Virus record (IMG/VR): IMGVR_UViG_3300005095_000123
Span: 1-53,050 of that record
DNA length: 53,050 nucleotides
Origin: a virus
Taxonomy: Duplodnaviria; Caudoviricetes
Strand: one strand, 5' to 3'
The notes beneath the pieces were generated by a model that worked only from the letters and a program-made list of their open reading frames with translations, was not told the origin of the DNA and did not search any database. Shown piece after piece: positions 16,436-26,948 of the stretch. Both the position numbers and the translations under genes were made by a program. Numbering within the stretch: the first letter of the stretch is position 1; each line of letters opens with the position of its first letter.

Positions 16436-17260
16436 ATGGCCACGGTTTACGGAAACTGGCTGGGGACCATGAAGCAGATCTTTAAGATCGGGGGTCCCCT
16501 GGGAAAGGGATTCAAGCTCATTACCGAGGGGCTCGCCGCCGTCGATGCGGACGACAACCTTATCAACTTGCAGATAGAGCGAGCGGCCCAGGACGACCAC
16601 GCCGCTACGTGGCTCGACGTGAAAGAGGCCGGCGTCCTGGTGGAGTTCGCCATTGACGGGAACTCTCCGCCGTCCCCCGGCACGAACTCCGGTTCTTACG
16701 GTATCGTCACGACCGCCGGCGGGTCCTATCAGGCCGGAGAGATCTACTACGACGACGGGTCTCAGCTCCGGTTGGTGGCCACGTGGAAAGGCCAGCATAT
16801 TACGATCGGAAATTCCGACCTTACGGGGAGCGACCTATCCTTCCAGGCAAACGGCGTCTATGCGGCGCACTCGGCGTCTCCGCCCTACGACTGGACCCTC
16901 AAAGGAGACGGTGCGCCGGAGCAAATAGGATACATCCGCTTCATTGAGGTTCCCATCGGGACAAACTCTTCCTACCAGAGCACCACGGCCATCCCCGATG
17001 GATCCCGGATAGTGAAGGTGGAGACGAACGTGACAACCCCTTATTCCTCCGGGGCGACCGTGCAGGTGTCCTTGGAGACCGGTGTTATCTTACAGCCGAC
17101 GGACGAGAATTATCCGCCGGAGGCCGACCTTTACGTCTCCGATCTCTATACGGTTGTTGGTTCCGGGCAGGGTGGAAAGGTAAAGGTGGACATCGGCGGG
17201 GGACCGACCGCCGGTGAGGGAATGGTCCTCGTGGCCTATATTGAAAGGACGCTCGTGTAA
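16436..17260 (+). CDS. Putative virion structural or decoration protein
   Basis: Gly/Ser/Thr-rich 274-aa ORF with AGGAGG RBS. Confidence 0.6.
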   Translation: MATVYGNWLGTMKQIFKIGGPLGKGFKLITEGLAAVDADDNLINLQIERAAQDDHAATWLDVKEAGVLVEFAIDGNSPPSPGTNSGSYGIVTTAGGSYQAGEIYYDDGSQLRLVATWKGQHITIGNSDLTGSDLSFQANGVYAAHSASPPYDWTLKGDGAPEQIGYIRFIEVPIGTNSSYQSTTAIPDGSRIVKVETNVTTPYSSGATVQVSLETGVILQPTDENYPPEADLYVSDLYTVVGSGQGGKVKVDIGGGPTAGEGMVLVAYIERTLV

Positions 17261-17532
17261 TGCCTTGGCGTAATTTGACCGGGACATCGAGGAGTTCTTT
17301 TCGGTTTGCGTTCGGCAAGGCCGAGGTTGGTGCCCTCGAGCCCGACCGCCTCTACGGCAAGGACGAACGTAATTACTCCCGGGATCTCATTCGGCACAAC
17401 CCGAAGTGGAAGCTGGATGATTTTGAATATCAGCGTGTAGAGCGTAATGAATATCAGCATTTTCCTGTTATGGATCTCGGCGAAGGGGCCTACGTCGAGA
17501 TGGAAGAAGGAGGGATAATTGAGATTGGATAA
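17260..17532 (+). CDS. Hypothetical protein
   Basis: TAATG coupling to the upstream gene. Confidence 0.55.
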   Translation: MPWRNLTGTSRSSFRFAFGKAEVGALEPDRLYGKDERNYSRDLIRHNPKWKLDDFEYQRVERNEYQHFPVMDLGEGAYVEMEEGGIIEIG

Positions 17533-17615
17533 AGGCGACGTGTGTATAGTCCTGGCCGTCTTAGCGGCCATGCTCCGCGTTTTTCTAATCTTCATAAGGA
17601 TGTAAGGAGGGTAAG

Positions 17616-18245
17616 ATGCCCACTACCCCGTCTTATTTCATATTGGTTCCCGGAGCATCCCTTGCCTTCACTCCGCCGGAGGGCAAGGTGGTGGTTTTTC
17701 ACGACGGGCAAAAGCTTGTCACGAAAGACGCCACAGGACGCTCTACGGCCTGGAAGGCCATTCAGATTTCTACCACGGACGACGTAATAAACATGACCGA
17801 CCCGCAGATCCTTCCTACGACCAACATAGATTTCAATAACGACGAACTGGGGGAATGTTTCGAGGTCGGGGACGACTATGTAAATATAGTGGCCACGGGT
17901 GTTTATGCTTTGTCCTATGGGATACGAATGGAGTATGCTCTTTGGACCGATAGTTCTTGGATTAGGTGTGCGTGTTACGGTCTGTTTGTATTTAATGGTT
18001 CTGTGGTGGAGGCCACCAGACAGATGGGTTATGCCCGCGCCGCAGACGCAAGCAGAGATGCCTTGCGATATACGGGAAGCTCTTTGGCTCGGTATTTTAT
18101 TCGTGTGGATACGGTTCCTTTTAAGGTCCAATTGGCCTCTGCGTTCTTGCGTGAGGACGGAACGACCACTTCCGATCCGGATAATAGCAAGATAGTCAAA
18201 ACCCTTGCCGGTTCCTTTTTTAATATAGAGTTTCTGAGCCTATAA
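17616..18245 (+). CDS. Hypothetical protein, possibly a receptor-binding or beta-sandwich domain
   Basis: AAGGAGG RBS; lower GC; TGVYALSY beta-strand pattern. Confidence 0.55.
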   Translation: MPTTPSYFILVPGASLAFTPPEGKVVVFHDGQKLVTKDATGRSTAWKAIQISTTDDVINMTDPQILPTTNIDFNNDELGECFEVGDDYVNIVATGVYALSYGIRMEYALWTDSSWIRCACYGLFVFNGSVVEATRQMGYARAADASRDALRYTGSSLARYFIRVDTVPFKVQLASAFLREDGTTTSDPDNSKIVKTLAGSFFNIEFLSL

Positions 18246-18273
18246 CGAAAAAATAGAATAAAGGAGGAAATTT

Positions 18274-19218
18274 ATGTTGCCGAAACAGGTCCAAGAGATG
18301 GCGGATAAGGCTTCCGAGCTTCTCGAAGGGTTCGGAAAGGACCATCCGCCTGCGGACGTTGACGATCCCGACGGGGTAGCCCCCGAAGAGGGAGACACCC
18401 CGGAAGAGCCGGAGGCGGAGCCCGTCGAGCCCTCGGAGGAACCGGAGGGCAAGGAGCCCGAAGAGCCGGAGGACCAGGAGGACAAATGGGAGCACAAATA
18501 CAAGGTGCTCAAAGGAAAATACGACAAGGAGGTTCCGGCTCTACACAAGGAGATCAAGCGTCTCCGGCGTGACAACGAAGAGCTCAGGGCACGCATTGCC
18601 CTGCTCGAACAGATGATTACGCAGATGCGCTCCGTCCAGGAGTCTCCGGAACAGCCGGAGGACGAAGAGGACGAGGCGCTTCGTTCTTTGAAAGAGAACT
18701 ACCCCGAGATCTACACGGCGATCTCGAAGTTGTTGGAGAAGAAGATCAAGCGGGAAGTGGAGCCGAAAGTCGCCAGGACTGCGGACGAGATCTTCTATGC
18801 GCAGTTGACCGCTCTGGTTCCCGAGTGGCAGAAATTGAATGTTGATCCTGATTTTCTCGATTGGCTCGATGAGCGTGATCCCGTGTCCGGGTTTACCCGG
18901 AAACAGCTCCTCCATATTGCCTATGAGAAGCGGGACGCTCAGGCGGTAGCCAATTTCTTCAAGAAGTATTTGGAGGAGCAACGAGGGACCGAAGAGCCCG
19001 AGCCGGCCACTCCGCCGCCGGCCACCAAGGCCGTTGCGCCGCCAGCCCGCCGGACCAAGAAGAGCGGGAAACCGACGAAAAAGATCTGGAAGCAGAGCGA
19101 AGTAGAAGCGCTCTACAAGAAGGCGGCGCTCGGAAAGATAGATCCAAACGAGTGGAAGAAGCTCGAAAAGGAATTGGTGGAGGCGGCATTGGAGGGCCGG
19201 GTGCTATACGGAAAATAA
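18274..19218 (+). CDS. Capsid scaffolding protein
   Basis: Acidic disordered N-terminus; WEHKYKVLKGKY coiled coil; immediately upstream of the capsid gene. Confidence 0.8.
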   Translation: MLPKQVQEMADKASELLEGFGKDHPPADVDDPDGVAPEEGDTPEEPEAEPVEPSEEPEGKEPEEPEDQEDKWEHKYKVLKGKYDKEVPALHKEIKRLRRDNEELRARIALLEQMITQMRSVQESPEQPEDEEDEALRSLKENYPEIYTAISKLLEKKIKREVEPKVARTADEIFYAQLTALVPEWQKLNVDPDFLDWLDERDPVSGFTRKQLLHIAYEKRDAQAVANFFKKYLEEQRGTEEPEPATPPPATKAVAPPARRTKKSGKPTKKIWKQSEVEALYKKAALGKIDPNEWKKLEKELVEAALEGRVLYGK

Positions 19219-19238
19219 TTTTCTAGGAGGTAAGAACG

Positions 19239-20174
19239 ATGCCTATTCCCGGCACGCCAGGAACGCCTGATTATACTTATAAGACCGGAACCGGCTGGAT
19301 TCCTATTGTCTTTGCCGGTAAGACTCTTGAGAAGTTCTATGCGAAGACCACCGTCGCCAACATCACGACCACCGATTACATCGGTGAGTTGAAACGCCAA
19401 GGCGACACGGTGGTCATTCGCACGACCCCCTCTATCACCATTAAGGATTACAAGAGGGGCCAGACGCTCGACATTGAGTTTCCCGAGGCCCCGTCTATCG
19501 AGCTCACGGTCAATCGGGCGAAGTATTTTAACTTCGCTATGGACGACATCGACCAAGCGATGACCGACATCAATTGGTTGGACAAATACGCCGACGATGC
19601 CGCCCAACAGATGAAGATTGTTATTGATCGGGAGTTCTTTGAGGACATCGTGTCCTATCCCGATCCGGCGAACGTCGGCACCAGCGCCGGTAAGGAGACC
19701 GGGCTCTACAATCTGGGAGCCCCGGGATCTCCGATTACCCTTAACCGGGACAACGTTCTCGATTTCATTGTTGATTGCGGAACGGTTCTCGACGAGCAGA
19801 ACTGCCCGGACGAGGACCGGTGGATCGTTCTTCCGCCTGCCGTATTCAACCTGATTAACAAGAGCGACCTGCGGGACGCTTCGTTCTCCGGTGATTCCAA
19901 ATCCCTCATTCTCCGGGGCGGGTTCACCGGGAAGATGCTCGACAGGTTCGCCATCTACGAGAGCAACCTGCTCTTCAAGGTCCCGGACGAGAACGCCTTT
20001 TACATTCCGTTCGGTCGTCGTGGGAGCCTCGTCTATGCCGCCATCCTGGAGAAGACCGAGCGGTATCGGCCCGAGAGCACCTTCGCCGACGCCATGAAGG
20101 GATTGCTCGTCTATGACTGGGCCTGCATCTACCCGGCCCATCTCGGCATGGGCTACGTGACGGTTGCTCCGTAA
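19239..20174 (+). CDS. Major capsid protein
   Basis: 311 aa; TTDYIGEL-GDTVVI, KYFNFAMDDID, RWIVLPP, FADAMKGL patterns of HK97-fold podovirus capsids. Confidence 0.88.
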   Translation: MPIPGTPGTPDYTYKTGTGWIPIVFAGKTLEKFYAKTTVANITTTDYIGELKRQGDTVVIRTTPSITIKDYKRGQTLDIEFPEAPSIELTVNRAKYFNFAMDDIDQAMTDINWLDKYADDAAQQMKIVIDREFFEDIVSYPDPANVGTSAGKETGLYNLGAPGSPITLNRDNVLDFIVDCGTVLDEQNCPDEDRWIVLPPAVFNLINKSDLRDASFSGDSKSLILRGGFTGKMLDRFAIYESNLLFKVPDENAFYIPFGRRGSLVYAAILEKTERYRPESTFADAMKGLLVYDWACIYPAHLGMGYVTVAP

Positions 20175-20180
20175 ATGATC

Positions 20181-20201
20181 GAGGGGCCGTGACGGCCCCT
20201 C
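20181..20201 (+). terminator. Stem-loop after the capsid gene (terminator or stabiliser)
   Basis: GAGGGGCCGT-G-ACGGCCCCTC inverted repeat; weak U-tract. Confidence 0.55.
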
Positions 20202-20226
20202 TTGAATAAAGAATAGGAGGTCTGAG

Positions 20227-20682
20227 ATGGCTACTTACGATATTTCTGGGGGCGCTAACGGCTATCCCTGGAAGGGTCAGGGGGCCTGCTTTTGTCTCGA
20301 AAGGAAGGTCGTCTTTCCCAACAACGTCGCCCAGGGAGACCAGTTTATCCTTTTCAATGTCCCGAAGGGGGCGACGATCTTCAAGTATGAGTTGATCGTC
20401 GAGCGCCCGGACGAAGGGGCTTCTTCCTGCACGGTGAGTCTCAAGAAGGACGGGACTTCTTTGTCCACCGTGGACGCCACAGGTAAGAACACCAAGGTGA
20501 TGACTCCGGCCATGCTCGAGGTGATTACTTCCGATGTGGAGATCTCTATGGGTGTGGACGCTCTTACGGTGACCGATCCCAATAAAGATCGGGCAATCGT
20601 GACCGCCAGGGTATTCATTATCGGAATGGCTTACAGCGACGAGGCCAAGGACAACACCATCAACGTGGTGGCTCTTACCTAA
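20227..20682 (+). CDS. Putative capsid decoration or structural protein
   Basis: AGGAGG RBS; beta-rich; follows the capsid gene. Confidence 0.6.
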   Translation: MATYDISGGANGYPWKGQGACFCLERKVVFPNNVAQGDQFILFNVPKGATIFKYELIVERPDEGASSCTVSLKKDGTSLSTVDATGKNTKVMTPAMLEVITSDVEISMGVDALTVTDPNKDRAIVTARVFIIGMAYSDEAKDNTINVVALT

Positions 20683-20697
20683 TGAAGGAGGATAAAA

Positions 20698-20907
20698 ATG
20701 GCCTTGGTTCTTATTCGTAGGAAAGACGGTTACGTTTTTTGGGGTCCGTCGAGCAAGGTGGACAACGAGGAATTTTTCCTCGTAAAAAAGGAGGAGAAAA
20801 AGGATGGCGAAACGCCGTTGCGGAAAGAACCGTCGCCGGCAAGGTCGGCGGTCAAAAAAGAAGAAGTGAAGGAAACCCCCAAGCGGGGTCGCCCTAAGAA
20901 GAGCTAA
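20698..20907 (+). CDS. Hypothetical protein with a C-terminal KRGRPKK motif
   Basis: AAGGAGG RBS; 69 aa. Confidence 0.65.
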   Translation: MALVLIRRKDGYVFWGPSSKVDNEEFFLVKKEEKKDGETPLRKEPSPARSAVKKEEVKETPKRGRPKKS

Positions 20908-20912
20908 AATCG

Positions 20913-20938
20913 GGGGCCGGGAAACCGGCCCCTTATTT
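20913..20938 (+). terminator. Intrinsic terminator
   Basis: GGGGCCGG-GAAA-CCGGCCCC-TTATTT. Confidence 0.7.
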
Positions 20939-20949
20939 CATAAGGAGGG

Positions 20950-21378
20950 ATGATGCGCAAGTTTTCCGTTTTCCTTTTTGTCTTATGTTTGGTTGGGTGT
21001 GCGTCGTTCGGGGGACGACAGGCTTACGACACGACAATCTCTGTTTATGCCCGGGCGGCTCTCCTCTACGACATGGCCGCAAGGACGGCGGCCCGTGCCT
21101 GCATCCTCCACAACGTCCCGGAGGAGAAGTGCGATGAATGGGGTCGTGTCTTAGAGGAGGCCCGCCGGACGCTCCTGGACTACGGCAACTTTCTCGACGC
21201 CATGTTGGCTCTGGAGCCGACGCCAGAGTGCTTAGAACGGACGAAGATCTGCACGACGGAGGAATGTCGGCAGAGAAACCTTCAAATTTGTTATGAGCAA
21301 CAGATGGTTCGTTACAGTCGGGCCATCGAGCGGACCATCGGCGCTCTCAAAAAAATCATAGAGGAGGCACGGGGATGA
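20950..21378 (+). CDS. Predicted lipoprotein
   Basis: Signal peptide with lipobox LVGC. Confidence 0.7.
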   Translation: MMRKFSVFLFVLCLVGCASFGGRQAYDTTISVYARAALLYDMAARTAARACILHNVPEEKCDEWGRVLEEARRTLLDYGNFLDAMLALEPTPECLERTKICTTEECRQRNLQICYEQQMVRYSRAIERTIGALKKIIEEARG

Positions 21379-21590
21379 GCGAAAAGTCAACAGAAGCCCT
21401 TATCATTGAATCTCTTATAACCTTGTTGTCCATGTTTCCGACCCTCTTGCAGATGTTTCAGAACAGAGGGGCCTTGACCGAAGAGGACATCCGCTATTAT
21501 CGGGAGCGGATAAGGGTTATTCAGGAGACGAGTCTCCGATCGTTCGATAAATACCTAGAGGAAGCCAGGGAGCTTTACGGTGACGGTTAG
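21375..21590 (+). CDS. Hypothetical protein
   Basis: ATGA overlap; GGAGG RBS. Confidence 0.6.
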   Translation: MSEKSTEALIIESLITLLSMFPTLLQMFQNRGALTEEDIRYYRERIRVIQETSLRSFDKYLEEARELYGDG

Positions 21591-22200
21591 AGAACTCATC
21601 GAGTATGCCCGGATGCTTCTTCAAGACCAGGAGGATCCGTTTCTCTGGCACGACCGGGAACTTCTGGCCTACTTCAACGACATCTGGGGCTTCTTCGTCC
21701 GGGAAGTAAAGGCCCTGCGCTACGAGGGATCGTTCACGACCGTGGCCGACCAAAAGGATTACGAACTTCCCGTGTGGCCTATCCTGGTTTACGGGGTCGT
21801 CCGGGACAACGAACGGCCCCTGGCCAGGGTAGATAAGGAGATTCCGGCCAAGTGGAGTGAGACGACCGGAACGCCCAGGTATTTTTCGGTCCATGAAAAT
21901 TTCTTTCGTCTTTATCCGACACCGGACAAGGAATACGTAATTTCCTATAAGGTGGCTCCTCGGTTGATGGCTCCGCTCGACTATGAGGACCAGATTCCCC
22001 TCCCTGACGGAGATGCGCCGTCCCTGGTCCACGGCATCCTTTGGAAGGCTTATCAAAAGATGGATCACGAGGCTTACGACCCGAAGGCCGCCGACATGAA
22101 TCGGAATCAATTTCTGGCTTTCATAGGACAGATGAAGCAGGCAAACATATTTGCGTCGTGGCCGGCCTATCCCTCCCGGGTGCATAGGGGGCTCTTGTGA
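21580..22200 (+). CDS. Head-tail adaptor / tail tubular protein A-like
   Basis: MTVRELIEYAR...GTPRYF...RLYPTPD pattern of podovirus adaptors. Confidence 0.7.
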   Translation: MTVRELIEYARMLLQDQEDPFLWHDRELLAYFNDIWGFFVREVKALRYEGSFTTVADQKDYELPVWPILVYGVVRDNERPLARVDKEIPAKWSETTGTPRYFSVHENFFRLYPTPDKEYVISYKVAPRLMAPLDYEDQIPLPDGDAPSLVHGILWKAYQKMDHEAYDPKAADMNRNQFLAFIGQMKQANIFASWPAYPSRVHRGLL

Positions 22201-23180
22201 GGAGAGGGCGTTATCTCGAACAGCCGATAGCCGCCTTCAAACCCATGCGCTTTCTGGGAGAAGGGAATTATCCCTATCCCTATTTTCAGTTGGACCTTGA
22301 TCTCGACAAGGACGGTGTTCTTCGGGCGAGGCCCCGCCTCAAAAAAGTAATTTCCGCCGAGAAGCCCCATTCTCTTTTTTCCTATCGAGGATTCCTCTTC
22401 TACGTGTCCCAGGGAAAGCTCTATCTTTACGGTGGAGTTGACTCGGCGGAGATAGCGGACATCGGCCCGGACGAGACCCTTTATTATGTCGGCATCGCCC
22501 ACGTGGTTTATATGTCGAATCGCAATTGGCAGGGCATTTTCGATTTCCAAACGTTTGGAACGAGGCCGTTCCCGACAAAGGAAAAAATCGTCCGGCAATT
22601 CTTACCGGACATAGGGGTTCCCCTTGAGGAGGCCGACTTCGAGACGCTTCCGCCCTTGGACTTCCTTACGTTCCACCAGGGGCGACTCGTGGGAGCCAGG
22701 GAAACGACAGTAATTTTTTCGGAGACGGGATTCTACGAGATGACCCGGCCTTTCTATTATATAGAAATAGGAGAGCCGGTAACGATGGTGGCGAGCGCCC
22801 TGGACACCCTATACGTGGGGACGAAAACCAAAACGGTGGTGGTGACCGGGCCGTTGACCAATCCGTCCTACCGGGAAGTCCCGGTAGGGGCCGTGAAGGG
22901 GACGCTCGCTTACAAGGCGGTAAAGGGAGTTAAAATTCCGTTCTGGGCCACGCTCACGTCTATCGTGGCGGGCCTGCCTGGAGGAGAGATAAAGCCTATG
23001 AGCAAGGAATTTTTTGACTTGAGGTTCGACACGGAGGGCAAGGGAGCCGCCGTATCGTCCGAGCACGACGACCGTGTGATAATGTCCGTGCCGCAGGCCC
23101 CGGACCGGGCGAAGGTAACGGACGATTTTATCTGCGAAGTGGTAAGAAAGGGCTCCGTAAGGAAGGCCCTAAAACAGTAA
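22197..23180 (+). CDS. Tail stabilisation or nozzle-like protein
   Basis: Follows the adaptor; DLDKDGVLRARP and beta-propeller-like HQGRLVGA...FSE. Confidence 0.55.
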   Translation: MRRGRYLEQPIAAFKPMRFLGEGNYPYPYFQLDLDLDKDGVLRARPRLKKVISAEKPHSLFSYRGFLFYVSQGKLYLYGGVDSAEIADIGPDETLYYVGIAHVVYMSNRNWQGIFDFQTFGTRPFPTKEKIVRQFLPDIGVPLEEADFETLPPLDFLTFHQGRLVGARETTVIFSETGFYEMTRPFYYIEIGEPVTMVASALDTLYVGTKTKTVVVTGPLTNPSYREVPVGAVKGTLAYKAVKGVKIPFWATLTSIVAGLPGGEIKPMSKEFFDLRFDTEGKGAAVSSEHDDRVIMSVPQAPDRAKVTDDFICEVVRKGSVRKALKQ

Positions 23181-23200
23181 GGAACTAGGAGGAGAAAAAA

Positions 23201-23716
23201 ATGAATATCGCTTTTGCAAGATTTGAATGGACTTTCGAGGCGGAGAGGAACGGAAAGACATTGTGGACCGAGCAGGGGAAGAACATCGTCACCTACGAGG
23301 GCCTCAATTATATGCTGAACGCATCCTTCAAGGCCGGGACCCAGGAGACGGCCTTCTATGCGTCTATGTTCAAGAACAACGTCGTGCCGGCCCTTACCGA
23401 CACGGCGGCCACGGCCCTCGGCTCCGGCGGACTTTATGGAGAGGTGACGGACGACGACATGGAGCCCCTCACCAACCGCCCGCAGGTTATCTGGGGTGAC
23501 GTGACCGACGGAGTGGTGGACAACGCCGACAACCGGCTGGAGTTCACCTGTGTTGCTTCATCCCTTACGCTCTATGGTGGATTCCTCACTACCACTCAGC
23601 CGAAGCTCGACACGAGCGGGAAGCTCATTTGTGCCAAACGGTTTGAAGTCCCCAGAACCCTTATTCAGAATGACATTCTTTATGTTATCGTGCGGATCGT
23701 CTTGGTGAGCGGTTAA
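23201..23716 (+). CDS. Putative tail protein
   Basis: KNIVTYEGLNYML motif; AGGAG RBS. Confidence 0.6.
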   Translation: MNIAFARFEWTFEAERNGKTLWTEQGKNIVTYEGLNYMLNASFKAGTQETAFYASMFKNNVVPALTDTAATALGSGGLYGEVTDDDMEPLTNRPQVIWGDVTDGVVDNADNRLEFTCVASSLTLYGGFLTTTQPKLDTSGKLICAKRFEVPRTLIQNDILYVIVRIVLVSG

Positions 23717-24045
23717 TGCTTCGTAAGAGTATTTTTGGCGTTCAAGTAAGGACGCAAATAAGGTCTTGGGAGGAGAATCTCCCGGACGTAAGCAATTTTG
23801 TCCGGGGCACTTTTTCCGGGGAAGTGATCCCGGTCGGTCCCTCCGCCTTTCTTAGATATGAGCGACGCCCTCAATGGAGGGCGTCTTTGCAATTGGGTAA
23901 TCGTCCCGAATACACGGACGCTTTACGGTCGTGCCTCCAGGATACGGAGACCTTTTCTTTCTGTGGGGCCGGGAACTGTAAGGCCGTCGTGATGCAGTTA
24001 GGTCGGGAAATCAATCTTAAAAACGTAACGATGACCTGTTCATGA
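23716..24045 (+). CDS. Hypothetical protein
   Basis: Coupled at both ends (TAATG, ATGA). Confidence 0.5.
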   Translation: MLRKSIFGVQVRTQIRSWEENLPDVSNFVRGTFSGEVIPVGPSAFLRYERRPQWRASLQLGNRPEYTDALRSCLQDTETFSFCGAGNCKAVVMQLGREINLKNVTMTCS

Positions 24046-25481
24046 TAGATCGTCCTTTAGTTATAGACCAGTCCTTATTCAACGGTCAGGCCCACACCGA
24101 TTGGTGGATCGAGTATGCCTCTCGGTGGACGGAGGCGGATTGTCTTGACTGCACGGACCCCGTTGAGATCACGGAGAACGAGCCCATCGGAGTTGACGGC
24201 CTATTTACGGGACCGGAAGTAAAGACCCCGGTCGGGCCTCCTCCAGGAAAGCCCCTATCTGGGATAATAGCCCCGGATGTCCCGGAGGACCGCAGAGGCT
24301 ATTGGGCGGCCCAGATGAAGGGGCTTCTTCCTTACTTCCGCCGGCTAATAGAGGACGCCTACGCCGATTCCTCCATCGTAGAGAGGGACGCAATATTTTT
24401 TTCCGAGCTCCATGCCGGTTCTCTATCCCGTCTTTTCAAAGAAATTTCCTACGTGAAAAACGACGGGGCCGTGTGCGAGTTGGTCGTTTCTGGAAGCAAC
24501 GAGATCCCACAATCTCTATGGGGAGCGTTGCGGGAAGGGTATGATCTGTCCTACGTGGACGGGTTTACTTCTTTTGCGGATGCTGACGGAGTATCTCCGG
24601 CGGACTTCTTTGTGACATGGCCTTTGTCTCCTGGAGCCCGAGCCATCTTAGGGGTAAATGCTTTTTACGTAGGAGATTCGACCGATTTTGTGTTTTCCAG
24701 GGGGGAGAACATCCTGGCCCGTATAGATAGGGCATCTTTTTCCGTTACCGGACAGCTCCTTTGCGGAAAAAGGGAGCCCGACTTGGCCCTGGGACACGGA
24801 TTCACGGAAAATTATTTTTGGCTACTTTACGGAAAGACCGAAACCGCCTTAGGGGATACGGAGAAGCTCATAGTTCTGGAGAAGTCGGACATCGAGACGG
24901 CTATGGATTCGGAAAGCGCCCACCTTTATACGGAGGAATTTTATTTTCCGGCGAGGATTTTTCTTACCTGCTTCGAGCACAACGGGCGTTTCGTAGCCGT
25001 GTTTTTGCAGGCCGGAGTAGAGGACGACGGAAACGAATACCGCTATTTAGTATTTGTTGATCTTTTTAATCAGGCGGTAATTTCCACGTTCAAGATAAAT
25101 ATTTCTGCTCTTATGCAGGAGGCGTGGGAGCTCGCGCCGGACACGACGAAGGGCTCCTGCTTCATTTTCGGGACCGACATCACTCCTCGAGGGACCGGAT
25201 TCGAGTTTGTGGCCTCTGTTAGCCTTTCTGTTTGCCATTCCAGTCGGACGCTAAACGCCTTCTTTCATTTTGTAGAGGGCGATGCCGGGCAGGAGTATCC
25301 TCACGACTACGGGACCGGAGTAGGGATGTTTTTGCGGAACATCTATGAGGTCAGTCCCCGCTACATGGCGTCGTGCATAATCAAGGACTACTACGACACA
25401 GACGAGGATAAGCGTTATCTTGTGGTTATGGGGTATGCTCCGGGAGCAATTGCTCCTATTGGCTTGATTCCGGGGGAATAA
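24042..25481 (+). CDS. Putative tail-associated protein
   Basis: 479-aa acidic ORF in the tail operon. Confidence 0.6.
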   Translation: MIDRPLVIDQSLFNGQAHTDWWIEYASRWTEADCLDCTDPVEITENEPIGVDGLFTGPEVKTPVGPPPGKPLSGIIAPDVPEDRRGYWAAQMKGLLPYFRRLIEDAYADSSIVERDAIFFSELHAGSLSRLFKEISYVKNDGAVCELVVSGSNEIPQSLWGALREGYDLSYVDGFTSFADADGVSPADFFVTWPLSPGARAILGVNAFYVGDSTDFVFSRGENILARIDRASFSVTGQLLCGKREPDLALGHGFTENYFWLLYGKTETALGDTEKLIVLEKSDIETAMDSESAHLYTEEFYFPARIFLTCFEHNGRFVAVFLQAGVEDDGNEYRYLVFVDLFNQAVISTFKINISALMQEAWELAPDTTKGSCFIFGTDITPRGTGFEFVASVSLSVCHSSRTLNAFFHFVEGDAGQEYPHDYGTGVGMFLRNIYEVSPRYMASCIIKDYYDTDEDKRYLVVMGYAPGAIAPIGLIPGE

Positions 25482-26948
25482 ATGGGCGTCGAATATATCC
25501 TTGTCCCTCTTGACGACGGGCCGCTCACCTTCGAGACGGACCTGGATTCTATATTCAATTATCCAGACGCCACCGTTGTATTTGATCTTCTCGTAGGGCA
25601 AAGCACTTCTTTTTCTTTCGAGGCCGACGCTTCGGACGATGTTTTTCCTCTTAATTATCCCGCCGTAGAAGAGGAAACGTCCACGACGGACGAGTTATTC
25701 CTTCCGAACTATCCGGTAATTGACGAAACCGTCGATACCGTTTTTCGAGAAGGAGTTTCCTCTCCCTATGATCCCATTTTGGGAGAGCTGGTCTTTTTCA
25801 ATGATGATTTTCCTTACACCTATTTTGTAGGGGATCTTCTCGAGTATGTCCTTTACGGTGTGGACGCCTATTACGATACGCTTATCTTTGGATTCGATTT
25901 TGAAGAGCGTATAACGTGTGCGCCCGAGTGTTTGATAGAAGTGTTTTTCATGCTCGATTTTTCGGCGCAGATCTTGTGTGAGCTTCTTTCGGACTTAACC
26001 TGGTTGTTCGGAGAGAGTTTGCGTCTTGTCCACGACTGCACGGCCTACGCCGTCTTGGAGAAGATAATTTCGGAGCAGGTGTCGGCGACCGGGGAGTGCG
26101 CCGGCGGGCGCTCGATCGAGGAGACCGCCGAGGAAGAGGTGACCCTCACGTTCTCCCTATCTGAGAGCGTTCAAGCCCTACTCGATGCCGTCGTCAAGTT
26201 CAGGGCCGAATGCTCGGCGTTCCAAACGTTTGGAAATGACCTGGCCTATACCGTAGAGGTCGGAACTGAATGTCTCATCGAGCATATTGCTTCCCTGGTG
26301 GCCCAGGCCACAATAGGATTGGAGATGGAGGAGCAGGCCGCCGCCGTTCTTCTCGGATCGGCCACGGCCTCTACCGAGTGCCTCATTCAGGTAATCAAGG
26401 AGCTCCTCTGCGACGACGAGGTGCGGGCCTCTCTGGATTTCCTCGGGCAGGCGGCTCTACTGCAACGGTTGACCGACTCCGTAAGAGTCTTCAAGGATTG
26501 CGAGCTCACCCAGGGAGTCGTTTGTTACGGCAAGTTTCGCCCCTATCAGCCGACCGTGTGCCTGCGAACGGAGATAAAAGGGGCCTCGTTCTACTCCTTC
26601 AATTTCTCTTCCGCCGTAGAGCACGACGGAACCCTCTACTTTGCCCTGGAGGACGGGATATATATGGAAGAGGAAGCGTCTGATTCCGGGGAGCTGGTCT
26701 TTTCCGGTCATCTTTCGCCTGGCGGACTGGTCCGCACGGACGCCGTGTTTGTTGACGGGGAGGTCGACCGCAATCCATATTTGATACAAAGGGTAGAGGG
26801 CTACACCAAGCTCTATGAGTTCGAGGGAAACAAGGTGCTTTGCGCCAGGGGCCTGCGGGGCCGGAAGCATCTTTATGCGACCGGCAAGTGGCGGGAGATC
26901 TATTCGATGCTTCTTAGGTTCTACAAGTCCGTAAGGAGGCTAAAGTAA
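25482..26948 (+). CDS. Putative tail-associated protein
   Basis: 488-aa acidic ORF with quasi-repetitive beta segments. Confidence 0.6.
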   Translation: MGVEYILVPLDDGPLTFETDLDSIFNYPDATVVFDLLVGQSTSFSFEADASDDVFPLNYPAVEEETSTTDELFLPNYPVIDETVDTVFREGVSSPYDPILGELVFFNDDFPYTYFVGDLLEYVLYGVDAYYDTLIFGFDFEERITCAPECLIEVFFMLDFSAQILCELLSDLTWLFGESLRLVHDCTAYAVLEKIISEQVSATGECAGGRSIEETAEEEVTLTFSLSESVQALLDAVVKFRAECSAFQTFGNDLAYTVEVGTECLIEHIASLVAQATIGLEMEEQAAAVLLGSATASTECLIQVIKELLCDDEVRASLDFLGQAALLQRLTDSVRVFKDCELTQGVVCYGKFRPYQPTVCLRTEIKGASFYSFNFSSAVEHDGTLYFALEDGIYMEEEASDSGELVFSGHLSPGGLVRTDAVFVDGEVDRNPYLIQRVEGYTKLYEFEGNKVLCARGLRGRKHLYATGKWREIYSMLLRFYKSVRRLK

